From Lama glama (Eukaryota): a stretch of DNA of 64,000 nt. Below are positions 10,298 through 23,460 of the stretch, one piece after another (the stretch's first letter is position 1; every line of letters starts with the position of its first letter). The stretch lies in contig CM052816.1 in assembly GCA_028534125.1 (NCBI GenBank), forward strand, positions 14,262,001-14,326,000, given 5' to 3'. The position numbers and the translations under genes were made by a program. Below the pieces are notes generated by a model. That model was not told the DNA's origin and did not search any database. It saw only the letters and a program-made list of their open reading frames with translations.

Positions 10298-13200
10298 CCT
10301 GCACCAAGTGACAGCTGGATGGGCTCATACATAGGCCCTCAGCTCACTTTTCCATCTTTCCAAATCACTCCAAAGGCCACAAGCAGCCCTTTTCTGATTA
10401 GACTACTGTATATAAATCTTTAAAAGGCTGACAAGATGCAGAGAAGCTACAACATTGGAGGAAATCAACATATTCTTTTTGAACTGTTAATATTTTCCCA
10501 AATTCAGTTGGTCTTTTGAAGTACACCAATGACACTGACATTAGACACTTGAGAATGTGCAGGAACAAAGATACTAGGATATAAGGAACCCTGAAGGCCA
10601 AGTAGAAGCAAAAAGAAAATTGGCAGACAGATGTCAAATAGAGATTTTTGCAATAAGGCTATCCAGACTCATTACAAACCTAAGTAAATTCAGTTTTATC
10701 AGTTTCCATTAATGGATGAAAACTGATGTAATAATTACTACTAGATCAAAATGCTAGTTTTGCAAGAACATGAGATACAATCCAGATAACTACCTGGCCA
10801 CTTTCCTTAGTTCAGCTGCTTCCACAGAGGTAAACTAGCTTTAATAGATTCCCTCAAAGTCAGAGCCATCCAACATTAAAAATCCATGAAGAGGACCTAG
10901 ACAGGTTACTACTGGGTGATCTCAATCACCATACAAACTCCAAATGACAAAGACTGGCACTCACTGCTCTCTAGGACTCAGAGGCCTGTTCAGATCAACT
11001 TGACTTACAAGCTGTTACAAAAACAATGACAGAGTGCAAACTGGAGAAGAGACAGGTTTTATTTTAGGGACTGTGGATATCATTACTGAACTTCAGATTA
11101 GATCACTTTAGAAATGAAAGGAATCCAACAGCCTACAGATCATTTAATTTCAATTTCTTCTTGGATACTCTTTTTTTTTTTTTAAGTAAAAATTCCACTG
11201 GAAACATTTTCTACTGTCTTGCTACTTTACAATACAGTCCAACAAATCAAACTAACTTGAGGGGAATTTCCTTTAATAAAATAAGAGAGGTATTAAGGAG
11301 GAAGGAGAAGATTACAGAAAGGAAAAAAGGAAAACATTTATCATCATATGGGAAAGAGTTAAGATATGTGATGCCTGACAGGTACAGCTCACCGGTCACA
11401 GCGATCACAATTACAAAGGGCCCTATCTCATCAATGCCACCAAGGATTACAAACTTTCTTTCCTCCTATCTCAGACGTGGTTAAAAGAACAAATTTAAGA
11501 TGTTACGCTTCACATATACAAGTGCTTCTGGAGCACAGTTAGAAAACAGTTACCTGTGTGACTGTAAGTAACCGTACATTACGACAGCCAACTCCTCAAT
11601 AACTTAGCGGCATCAGAGGAAGTGGTACCCCATAAAAAATTTATTTTCTAGTTAACTGGTAAATTAAAAAAAGTATGAACACTTTACATTTCTTGACCAT
11701 TTCAGATAAAGATGTTTCTAAAAGGTATTTGTTCCTTGTTAACAACGCAGAAGGAACACTTTGTGTTTTCTGCCTCCTCACAGTCAGTCACTCACTTCCT
11801 GCTGCCACTGTGCCCAACGCTAGTAGCACGTCCTTCTGGCTCTTCTTGCCACGAGGGAGGAAACCAGATTTCCTTTATAAGCCTAAATGAGCTCTAACGG
11901 AACCTGAGAGCTGCCCCTGTGGCAGCAGTACATGAGTTTAGTGTTCAGCTTTTGTAACATCTACTTTGGCTTTAGAAAGAGGCCTTTTGAGGTCATTTCA
12001 AGCTGTGTGTGCGTGGTGCGTGTGTTCTTATATCATCTTGTGGACAGCCTGAACAGAGAAGTCACTATTCTTACATTTCTTTCTAATACAATGCCAGATC
12101 TTAGCATGGGAATTGAATTATTTTTCTCTGCAGCAAAGCAGTTTTAGAAATTCCCTACCTATGTCTTTCCAGCAAAAAATAAGCCCACAGCTAACTTTTA
12201 ATTAGTGGGATCTCCATTAAAGAAAGTATGAAGTCTCAATGAAAGAAAAGAAAATCTGCATACCTTACATGATGGTTTTCTAGGACATCTGCAAACTAAA
12301 TTAAACTAAATTTCCTCTGAAGTACAGAAAGAAAATATTCTACGTTTGGATCTGGATGGACAGTTTTCACCCCTGTCAACGGACAAAGGAAATTCAGTCC
12401 CACGGGATACGAGGGCTTTTCAGGTCCCCTCTGGGGATACTGAAAATTAGTAAGGAAGTCATTACAATTCTAAATGCTGCTCCAAGTCCCCAAACCCTTA
12501 ATTTAGAGCTCTGAATCCTCTGGGCATGCCAGGAACAACTCCAAATCAACTAGAATAGCAAAGACAGACAGGAATGCAAAGAAACTCTACTTCGCCCTCC
12601 AGCGGAGAGCGCCCACGCGCCCCTAAGTCTCTGACAACCCCTGAAGCACTATGAAGCTTCTGAGAGCAGCAGGCCTGTCACCCCCTTCACAGCTCCAACA
12701 GCATTACTACTCACTAAGGGAAGCCTGCTGCAAATCGTAATCCTAAACGTGCTTTGTTTTACATTTAGGATATACCCATAAAACATTTCAGAAATTTTAG
12801 AAGATCAAAACAAAACAGTAACAACAAATTTTATAAACCGAAAAACCCTCAATGAAGTCCCTAACAATACAGGAAAGCTGAGTTCAGTCTCTCTCTCAAC
12901 CTTCATTGTCGTGTCAACCTGTCATGTTTTAGAAGCAAGGTGAATAATGTTTGCGCCCCTAATAAAGCCTGAATCTCCTTCTAACTGAAGAAGGAAGAGA
13001 ACAGAAAGAGGTGTGGTCTCAGTCCACTTAGAAGTTCAAAGCCACCATCAGACCAGACCTACAGAATCTGTTATTTGAAGGGAAAAAAAGGGGGAAGAGG
13101 GAGAATCTGTCCCCTCAGGATATTTCGGTCACCAGTGGATTGGTGGACATCTGTAGGTTATTTCAAGCACTCATCATAAGGAGAACTGTGGTGACCTCAA

Positions 13201-15235
13201 AGAATTGCCTTTTAAATCTACAGGCGGTAAGACTTTAAAAAGCTTGGAAGTAACTATAAATTATAATCAGGCATGTAGAGCAAAGAAAAAAGAAGACAAT
13301 GGTAATTGCATAAAACCACATAAAACATCTGACAAGCCTCTTAAATTAAGACGCCCTAGACACAAACAAAGACACTACAGGCATAAGGGCATAGGCCAGT
13401 GGTGTCAACATCCATCTGTACCCAAACTGTGTAACTGAATTCAGAATCAGAGCATACCACTCATCACATTTTAAACATGCAATAAAACATTCCCCTCCCC
13501 CTGGAAATGCCCTTTCTTTAAAAACAAAGTCATAAACAAAAGTGACACTAAAATTTTCTCTCAAATAAAAGTACATACTCCTTTGAAGAAACTGACTTTC
13601 ACCATAAGAAGCCTAAGTTCTTTGTAAACTTTAACTTTTATAAGAAATGCTTTATGAACGTACTCTACCACACGTGTATCTGGGCTTATCAGTCACTGTA
13701 ACCTTCTGTTACTTATGTAGGTACATTTAATTATACATGTAAAGTGCTTAACGCGGTACCTGATATATGGAAAAGTTGACAAATGTTAGTTATTACTGTA
13801 ACACCATACTTGAAAAAAAATTTATTTCATTTAGGAAGTTCCCACATAATACTCTGCTGCTTAAAAACTTTCAATGCTGTCTCACCACCTGCCAAATTAA
13901 ACATGGGAGATACTTTCTTCTCTAGAAGCATATATCCCGAGACCATAATGAATCTTCAAAACGGAGAACTCTACTCTGCGTCCTAAGACCACCACAAATC
14001 TTCAAAATTGAGACCTCTTCGCATCTAATTACCTAGATAAACTGTGATAACCCAACAGCAAATACAGAGCAAACTGACGCCCACACGGGGCTAGCCTTGT
14101 GTTGAGCCGACACATCCCTGCGTTTAAAGGGCTGCTCTCAGTTCTGCGGCTCCACGGCAGACGGGCTCAGCGCTCACCACTGTCTCAGCCTGGCCTTCCA
14201 GCCTTCACCTTCCACACTTCTTAATGCTACAATCAAACTGCTGTCCCTTGAGCCAGCTCCATATTTTCCTGTCTCTATTCCTCCTCAACACTTTGCCTCC
14301 AGTGATTCTCAAATTCTTCCCTACCCTACATTTTCCACTCTCATTTATACTTTCTGTCAATTAAGGTTTATCTCAAGGGCTACAACTTTATAGAACCTTG
14401 TCTGAGGCAGTCAACCAGCCTGGCCCCTAGATGTGCTCCAGGACCCACCTATCCTCAACAGTCTTAAGGAACAGAGTCAATTCCAAGAAAGCCCATTAGA
14501 TCTTGCTACCAGAGGCCTCTCTTTCCCAAGATTCCCTATCTCTTCCTTTTTGCAGCTACTGATATGAGATGGAGTCAGCCTCTGGGGAAAACCATGTTGT
14601 CAATCAAAGAAGAGCCTTGGCAGGCTTAGTCCTCCTGTTCTAGGCAGGAGAAAAGACCCTTTTCTCCCTTTCCCCTCCTTGGGTTTGACCTTCCCACCAG
14701 AGTGGTAACATGAGGCTGTGCACCTGAAGAAAGGCAGCAGGAAGACTCCCTGACTAATTCTAAGACATGGAAGCCTTTGTGGGCTGGTCAATAAATAGCC
14801 AGGCAAAAGGGGTTCCTGAAGTACTGCCAGTCTCTCCCAGCTCTGGGGCTTAGGGACCCTATGTAACTGAGCTGTGTGATTAGGCCTCAAGGGCTCCTTC
14901 TCAATTCTTCCTCTGGAACTGGTACAACCGCAGCAGTGGCTTCAGGATTCACAGCTCAAAGATTTAGGGACCTGAGTCCCAGTCACGCCTCTTGGGCATT
15001 GTCAGAACATGAGAGCATGTTTTCTCCTATGGCAGTTTTTCTAATGCGCCTTTTTCCATAGCTTTTTTCCACAGAAACACCCCTCACTAAACTAGAAACT
15101 ACCAAGTAGCTTCCATACCTTCTCTTCATTCCCCACCACAAGGTGTATTCTCTACTCTAAATCTGACGAATAATCAGCAATGTAACAACACATGATTACA
15201 CTGGCACTAGAATAAAGTTTTTTTCTTTAATACCT

Positions 15236-15339
15236 TTAATAAATAAAGAGAACTCTGGTCCTGGGGAGATTTGAGAAGGTATCCGGCATCTTCCGAACTT
15301 TCGCATAATTGATAAATCCTCTGAGAAACAGGAGAAAGC
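15236..15339 (-). CDS. NDFIP1: NDFIP1 exon 7 coding part (GFLLFLRG...RVLFIY*)
   Basis: Acceptor tttttatattag; stop TAA 15238-15236; exon continues 2 nt to donor AAG|GTATTA at 15233. Confidence 0.97.
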
Positions 15340-15961
15340 CTAATATAAAAAAGAAAAGTCAAGAATGAATTTATAATTTCCATACTAAGTCTGCTCCCCA
15401 GAAATATCCCACCTGATAGCAATACTTCATCATTTTTCTGCTAAAAGGTATCACAACACAGTTTCCTCTAAAATTTCCAAAGGATTTCCACACCAAATTT
15501 CCCATTTCTCAATGAGAACACATAATCTCAAGAGCCAAATAATAGCCTCTTTTGCACAGTCAGAATCTAATTGGTCTAAAACAGAAACAAAAACTAAGAT
15601 GTGGCCAAACGTTTACATTTGGAAGCATCACTGAGAAACATTATCAAAACCTACCTTCTGAGCTCCAAAAAGTATTCCAAGATAATTCACTCTAAACACA
15701 GAGAGGTTATAAACTGTGTTTTTCTCAAATAAAAATTTCATCCTTTCTTGTCACGGGCTTTTTTTTTTTCTGATGACAGTACATAATGTCCACTAGATGT
15801 CAGGCTCCCCTTTACAACAATTCTCATAGTCTAAACTCTAATTCTTAATCTTAATTTCAGCGTCAGCAGGGAAGCAAGCTGAGGAGCCCCCTCCAAGGGT
15901 AGCTCACATATTCCTGGCCCTCCTCCTAAAGAGATGGTCCCTGAGTCTTAGACATTTAACC

Positions 15962-16165
15962 CCTTTATGGAGATATAATTTACATACCATAAAGTTTACC
16001 CGTTTAATGTATACAATTCACTGGCATTCCGTACAGTTAAAACTATAACCTAATTTTAGAACTTTTTTATCGTCCCTAAAAATATGTCTACCCATTAAGC
16101 AGTCCCTCCCCATTTCCTGCTCCCTCCTCTCATCTCCCCAGCTCTAGGCAACCACTTTCTTTTGG
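15962..16165 (-). mobile_element. L1 3' end fragment (L1MB-like)
   Basis: ttatggagatataatttacataccataaag...ctctaggcaaccact. Confidence 0.7.
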
Positions 16166-18204
16166 ATACATTTAAAAATATACTCAAGTCATGGAAAACT
16201 CTTTGTACTCAGACAGAAATGATTTTTGGCAGGAACGAAGTTATCAGGGCTGAGCATGGCGTACAGCATTCTGTTTGGCACCAAAATCAACAAGTGATTT
16301 AAAGAGCAGGGCTCACCCCCTCAAATGCTGAGTGAAGGGATCCTAGTGATACAAGCCATAAGAGCCATAAGAGCACGTACAGCTACAACCTCACTCCAGA
16401 CAAAGGATGGGTGCCATGTGGGAACTTAGGTCAGTTTTGCTAGCTAATCCAATTTTTAAGAAAAGCTTAAAACTTCAGACATTTTATATAAAAATGATTG
16501 ATTTTTATACAATGACAACTAATTAAAAAAAAGACTTCTGAAAATAGCTGTGAAACATACAAACCGCAACTACAGGCTAGATGGAGCTCATGAGCTGCCA
16601 GCTTGAGAGCTTTATGTAAACACGGTCTTTGTAGGAAAAACTCAAAAAAAAAAAAGGTTCTCTCTGCAAGAGAAGGTCCAAAAATGACCCAAATACTGAA
16701 TCCAAATGCACTAAGGTACATCCAAAGTCTCACCATTTTTTGCTTACCAGTAAGCAGTAAGATAGCAAGAATAATCAATTACGAAGTGTTAAATATTCAT
16801 CTCATATGAAACTTTAATACATGAAGGAAACCAGTCCATTATATTTCTGTTAAGTATCTATGCAGTCAACAATCAACCTAAAATTATGCTTAATGACTCT
16901 TCTTTGGTCCATTCAGAATTCACTTGGATTTTAGGCTTGGGGGAAGATGAGGAGTCAGACTTTCTCTTAGAGATACAGTTTAGAAAATAAGCAAGTCAAG
17001 GAACTATTCTTCTAAAGTAACTCTTCTGCAGGTTTTTTTTTATTATTAGGCTTCTCAATAATCAAGGGAGGAGGTAAAAAGCACTATTTCTCTTTCCTTG
17101 GAAGGCCAATGACTGATAGGAGAGTAGATGGTGCTACTAAGGAGGTGGGGTGTGGCGTCATGAATGGCTTGTATTTTCTAAATAAAATTTAGGGTCAGTA
17201 ATGCATGGCTCTGCTACCCTAGGCAAAGCAGGTAGGTCCTGAACATATTAAGCACCTGCTGGGCATAGGTGTTACACTGTGTTGGCCAGACCCAACAGCA
17301 GCCCTGGCACCGAGGATCTTAATTAAGGAGACAACAAAAAGGCCTGAAGTAGGAGAAATGTTAGGATAGGAGAAAATGATGTCATAGTAGCAGAGTGAAG
17401 CAATTATACCACCTTTAACAGCTATAGGATAGCCCTATTGTTTTATAGAAATAACAGCAGTGATGGTGGTCTGTTATGGTATCATACACATTTTTCCCTA
17501 CAAAGAATGAAGAAGCTAACAGTATTCACCACAATGTTCATTTCTTTGCCTTAAGATGCCTTAGAAAAAAAGCTTTTAATAAAAATTAAAAATTTAGAGT
17601 AAAAAGGATAATCTTAAGACCAACAATCTGAAGTGGCTAGTATATTAAAATAAAAACAATTCCTTCCTCCCATTACAAAATACTTCTTATTCTCACCAAT
17701 AGTGAACTAAAGAATTCTGGAAACCCAATGGCGGTTCTTCCAGAAGTTACATCTAGCAAGGCTATACATTTTCTGTTTTCCACTGACAGATTCAGCTGAA
17801 GATAGGCCACATACATTCAGGAGTAGTTCAACTGGTTACAATATATCTGTAAGCAATTTGGGGATGGGCTTGTGAACCCTTTATGGCAACAGCTCACAAG
17901 AGGAAAAAAAAAATCTACAGACTATAAAGTCATCTTAACAGTGCATCCCCCTGGTCACATGGGGAAGGTGAGAGTGTAGATAAGTGTGTTAGGAAAAATC
18001 TACCACCACTGAGATGTTTTATGAACATGCATGTTACTCTGATTGTGACAGCAGCCTAATCTTTGAAATATTTTTTAAAAATTGTATTTATTACTGCTGA
18101 TGGATATATTACTATGTAGGAGGTGAGATGAGGGTTTACTGAAAGTAATTTTACTTCTACAGTTTAACATAATCTCTTCTCTTGTCTTTATTAAAAGCAC
18201 TTAC

Positions 18205-18271
18205 CTAAAACCAGGAACACCCACCAGAGCCAGTACTGACCATCAAAATATCCAGGGAAATAGGTGGAAAA
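18205..18271 (-). CDS. NDFIP1: NDFIP1 exon 6 (FSTYFPGYFDGQYWLWWVFLVL)
   Basis: Acceptor ttatttttcag; donor TAG|GTAAGT; 67 nt. Confidence 0.97.
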
Positions 18272-18639
18272 CTGAAAAATAAAGCAAAATATTTTAGGGC
18301 AGCTCAACAGATACAATTTCACATTTTAACTTAAGAATTTACAAAACACTAAAGATTTTATTTTGTATATTAATGCTGTTCATTTAGCGCTTACAAAAAT
18401 TTCTAAAATGTTAGGTAAAGTACTTTACATAGTACTGATTTGAAGTGAGTATGATGTATGCAATATATTTCCTTTCATGGAAAAGCAATCTTGAAATACG
18501 ACAGCTTTCAGCTTTATATACTCCTTGTTTTGAAGGCACTTAAACTTGTTTTCTTTTTCAAAATCTTTTTTTCCTCCACGTTTTTCTCTCGCCTAGAAAT
18601 ATGTCTTGATACTTTTATTTTGCTTACCGAGTACTCAAA

Positions 18640-19090
18640 ACAATTATTTGGCTTCTTTCTAATGAACCCTGATTTTGTTCCTACTCCTCCAGCCACGCCC
18701 TGACCTTGGATGCTTTCTCAGGTACATCATGATCACTGCATTGCTTTGCCTGGGACTAGCACGTGATGTTACTCTAGCCAATGGGAACTGAGGGTTCCTG
18801 AGAAGGCTTCCTTGCTTTTAAAAAGAAAAAGAGGAGAAGAAATAGCTCTTCTCCTGCTGAACGCTGTTGCTTCTGATGTGATGCCTACAACTGCCATCAC
18901 CATCTTAGCTCTGAGGGAGGAACAGCCACACCAACATGCAGAGCAGAAATGTGAGCTGTCCCTGATGATGTCACTGAAACACTTAACTAACCTCCAGGTC
19001 AGAACGTATTTTCACTGTAAATAACATTTCCCCATTGTTTCCTAAGCCATTTTGAACTAGGTTTGCTCACAAAGCCATCCTAACCGATAT
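18640..19090 (+). mobile_element. MaLR (MLT1-like) solo LTR relic, intron 5
   Basis: gatgtgatgcct..gccatcaccatctt..gtccctgatgatgtcactga..taagccattttg..catcctaaccgata MLT1-type motifs. Confidence 0.65.
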
Positions 19091-20124
19091 AAGCTGATTC
19101 ATTCAATTCAGCTAAAAATTTCACTTTAAATTTTAGTAAAAATAAAGACTGGTAACTAATTTTATTTTGTTTTCTACTGGAGGCTTTAACACAGTTTGGA
19201 CATTAAAATACAGTATTTATTAATAAAACAAGGAATGAAGAACCTCCTTAGGGCTTGAGTTCGTAACCTGAAGTCCATGTTTTAGGTGAGTGCACACTAG
19301 CTGTCTTGGAGAACAGCCCGTAACTTTTAACAGATTCTCAAAGGAACTTGGAATCCTAACAATGTTAACAACTGCTTTAAAATAAAGAATTAAAAAAAAA
19401 CTCCTGTGGTCAGTGAACATCCATTAATTAGTTAATAATGCCAGTTTATGATAAATATATTGGTTTTATCTATAAAGTTAACAATAGCAGTAAACTTAAC
19501 TGAAATCAGAGGACACCTTAAGAGACTAGATCTTCAACATTAAATTACTTCATGCGATTCTAACTAACTGGTAACTCGCAAAGCACTGGGCCCCTAACAA
19601 AGTAGGGCTTGTTAAACAGTTTTGGCTCTCCAAGCATTCTGGCATAACCAGTGATGCTACTGATAACCAGTCCTGGAAGGAAGAGAGGAAGGAGGGAGAA
19701 AAGAAGACAGGGAAGGAGAAAAGAGAGACTAAAATTTCAGTAGCATTAATAAAAAGAACATGTGCTTTTGATGAGCTACCAGAGAGGTGATAACCTTCCT
19801 TTTATTATAAAAACAACTAATTTCAGAATACATGTATTATCATATTATAAACATTTAAAACAGAGAAAGCAGCTGGTGAACAACCTGCATAATAGATGCC
19901 CTCGGACCACCAACATTCATTAGATGTGACTACAAAACTTGTGTGCATGTACCAACTGCAACTGATTTAGGTTCAATTTCATGAAACCAGAACAAAGACA
20001 AACCAAAAAATCATTTTAAATGCTGAGATAATTCCCAAAAAGCAAACGAAAAAAAATAAAACATTAAAAATTGTTCTACTTCTTCCTTCTCTACAGACTC
20101 TATCTTTGCTAGTGTACAACTTAC

Positions 20125-20249
20125 CCTGACAATCAGGATCCACTTGATCAGAGAGAGACCAAATCCCGAAATGGCCCCATACCTTCCTGCGGCTGAAGTG
20201 GTCAGGCAAAAAGACAGGAAAAACCCAATCCAGTTAAAGAGGAATGCCA
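20125..20249 (-). CDS. NDFIP1: NDFIP1 exon 5 (MAFLFNWIGFFLSFCLTTSAAGRYGAISGFGLSLIKWILIVR), transmembrane region
   Basis: Acceptor ctctgcttttgcag; donor AGG|GTAAGT; 125 nt; visible inside ORF 20011..20400(-). Confidence 0.97.
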
Positions 20250-21190
20250 CTGCAAAAGCAGAGAGAACAAAAGATGTCAGACGTGTCCTGCTGCCCAAGG
20301 AGCAAGAGTGCCCTGCACTTGCTTTTGCTTCAGTGGCTTTCCCAGGGACGTAAGAGCCTAGCCCACCCTCCACAACCCTTATCCCACTTCCCCAAAACAT
20401 CCACCCTCAGTTTTCCTCCAAAAGCAAACAAAAAAACAGTCTCTGAATATCAGGTGTTGTACCACTACATCTACTAGTAGTCACTTTCAAAAATGCGTTA
20501 GTATCACCAAACTGCATGCTTACAACTTGTGCCCTCTACTGCATGTTACATCTCCATACATCAAATAAACATTATTTAACATTAAATCAGTGCCCCCAAC
20601 TAATATGATTCAGGTCATTCACCCATCTGCTTCTATGAATTTTAACAGCTTATGTAACATGTCACCTCTAAAAGCTCTGCATTTCCTTCTTATCTTTTTT
20701 ATACAGCAAATAAAAGAAACGGTTGCTCACTTCCAAGTCCAGCACATGGAAAGATAAATGCAAAATAACTTCAAGGGGGAAAAAACTGGATTGACTTTGA
20801 TGTGTTAGAAAACAGCTTGCAAAACAAAATTCATCAGACAAAGGCATTTAATTCCTAGCCTACAGGTCAGGAACGAGTAGGAGGAATGCTAAGGGGCCCT
20901 GCAGATCCAAAAGATGAAGCTTAGCTCATGGAAAAATGCAGCATCCTCATAACTGCTTTAATTATATTTTCCATAGATATTCACAGAAACAGAAGACAAA
21001 GAAAAAGGATATTAAGAGAAAAGTGTACTAAGCTCTGAACATCTCAGTTCAGAGATCAGAAAAAGGCATCAAATAAATATAGTGTATTAACATATTAGTT
21101 CAACTAGTCCTTTTAATTTCAGTCAGATTCACCCATAATGCAAAGCGCTCCTGTTTGTGGGAAGCAGCTCTGCTGTGTGTATATACTTAC

Positions 21191-21278
21191 TGAAAAAAGT
21201 TAACATGAAAATCCCATCGTTTCCTATCCTCATCTGGTCAGGATCATCAAAATCATCCCGACCCACAAAATCCTCATC
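21191..21278 (-). CDS. NDFIP1: NDFIP1 exon 4 (DEDFVGRDDFDDPDQMRIGNDGIFMLTFF)
   Basis: Acceptor cttttcatttag; donor TCA|GTAAGT; 88 nt. Confidence 0.97.
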
Positions 21279-22612
21279 CTAAATGAAAAGAAAAATAAGG
21301 TGAATTCACAACGAATTATTTCAAGGCAAAGAAAGATATCAAGAAAAGAGAAAGGGATAAAAGTGAGTACCAAGGAGAAAATGTACTGCTTTGGCTCAAT
21401 TCAAAACTGTAAGCAAGTCTCAGTACGTGTTAAAGTTATCGTTTTGTCTTATAAGTAAAAGATAATAATTAGAGAAAAAACAAATCTTCTGTTCCCATAG
21501 TTTTCTGCATGAAAGCACTTTTCATTTTATAACCCAAGTTCTTTAACAAAACATTTCAAAAATTATAAAGTTCACAAAGAACTGTTCACTCTTCCTTTTT
21601 TATATATATCTAAGGAAAAAGGAGAAAATGTTCCTATACCTTTGGCTTAAATTCTAGAATACCAGTAATTCAGGGCCTATTAAGGAGATACCACTGACAG
21701 GCTCAAGTGCTTTCTGAGACTGACTTGGGGGCCGTGGGAGCGGCGTCATCATACATGAAGGGTCTGACAGGGGTGCATACTGCTTAACTCCACAACTATC
21801 TGTTTACATCGGTAGACAGGTCTGAAAAACCTCATTTCCAATCTTATTGGCAGATAGGATCCTTTTCATCCTAAGTTGAAAACACAGTGTTACAAGTCTA
21901 GAAGGAACATGATCCTGACCAACACTGACACCAACATGTAGTTTATCTTTTCAATTAATTGTAGGATGTGCTGAGATACTGAAAAATAAATGATTCTATC
22001 CTTAAAAGTGGCTGACTTGTACACAATCCAATGAGGGTTTCTCAAATGAAAAATAAAAAACAAAACTTTATGGACAACTAAAACTTGCCCTACACAGAAA
22101 AGGGACTGGGAAATCCATAACAAGATGTTACCTGGTTCCCCTGGGGAATGGGAACTAGAGAAAGTGAAGTGTCAGTGTTACTTCCATCCAGCTGAACACA
22201 TGTCCTCTACTGTGTGAAATTTTTACAAGAATGTGTTTGTTTTCTATTTTTGGAAATATGAAATACCTAGTGTTCTGAATTCATATCAGCAGGATAAATG
22301 GCTTTGCCAAATTATAAAGTGATTCTGTTTTTTGCATAACTACTCAAAGATATACTACAAAAATAAATGGAAGTAATGTCCAGTAATACTGCAAATGCCT
22401 TCTGTTCTTTCTGTCCTTGGTATCTCTACTACCGGGATTCCTCCTACAAATTGTTGCCAGGTCAATGTTTCAAAAACACCGTACTTGTTGTTTTATTATA
22501 CCCCTGCTTAACAACTGTGAAGGATTCTGCATGACCTATATGTACGTCTACACGCCTCAGCCTAGATTCAGAAGATTCTACAACTTACATACAGTTTTGG
22601 TTACAAACTCTT

Positions 22613-22742
22613 TTTTGGGGCAGGGCAGAGGGAGGTAATTAGGTTTATTTACTTATTTATTTTAAGTAATGTACTGGGGATTGAACCCAGGACCTCATGC
22701 ATGCCAAGCGTGCGCTCTACCACTGAGCTATACCCTCCCACC
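22613..22742 (-). mobile_element. tRNA-derived SINE (Vic-1-like), intron 3
   Basis: gggattgaacccaggacc...ctctaccactgagctataccc; TSD ttggt[t/c]acaaactctt at 22597-22612 and 22743-22758. Confidence 0.9.
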
Positions 22743-23224
22743 TTGGTCACAAACTCTTGATCAAGCAAAACCAATTACTACATCCACAGTACCTGCCCTG
22801 CACCTGGCTGAATTCACCATCTGCTTTCTGAGCTTTTTCCTCTGGAATGTACTTAGCCATCAAAACTTGGGGGCCCAATTCCCCATGACCACAAGGTTAA
22901 AGTCACAGTTCTTAACGCTTACTGTTCTTGTGCTGCTGCTTAGACCATGGGTACTTGCGGCCTTTTCCCCAGCTGGACTTTAACCTCTTGTATGGCAGAA
23001 GCATTGCCTTATACAAAGTCTTCTACCTATCCACTGCAAAATACATAGCACATCATATAAAAATGTTTTTGATATATGTTTCCTGAATAACAGAAGCCTT
23101 TAAGAAGTTCTTAAATATGTACACTTATAAAAGTATTCTAAAGAGTTCTGTGATTAATTAGAGCTAATCTGGTCTATTTCCATGAAAGAGTTACTATAAT
23201 CCAACAGGTGTACAGAACATATAT

Positions 23225-23460
23225 AAGGAATTCAGAGTCTAGAATATCTGGGTTTGACTCGCCCATGTTACTTATTAGCTATATGACTTTGGGCAAATTA
23301 CTTAATCTCTCTGGGCCCCAATTTTTGTATCTGTAAAATGGAGATAATATAATCTCTACCTTGCAAGGTTATTGCGAGGAACAGAAATAATATATACAAT
23401 ACATATAAGCACCAAGCACAGTATCAAGCGTGGTTTGCTTCCAATACATGGTAATTATAT
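23225..23460 (+). mobile_element. MIR
   Basis: MIR core tgactttgggcaaattacttaatctctctggg..tctgtaaaatggagataat. Confidence 0.8.

Noticed and set aside
20011..20400. 129-aa ORF as a stand-alone gene
   Set aside because: It is NDFIP1 exon 5 plus intronic read-through
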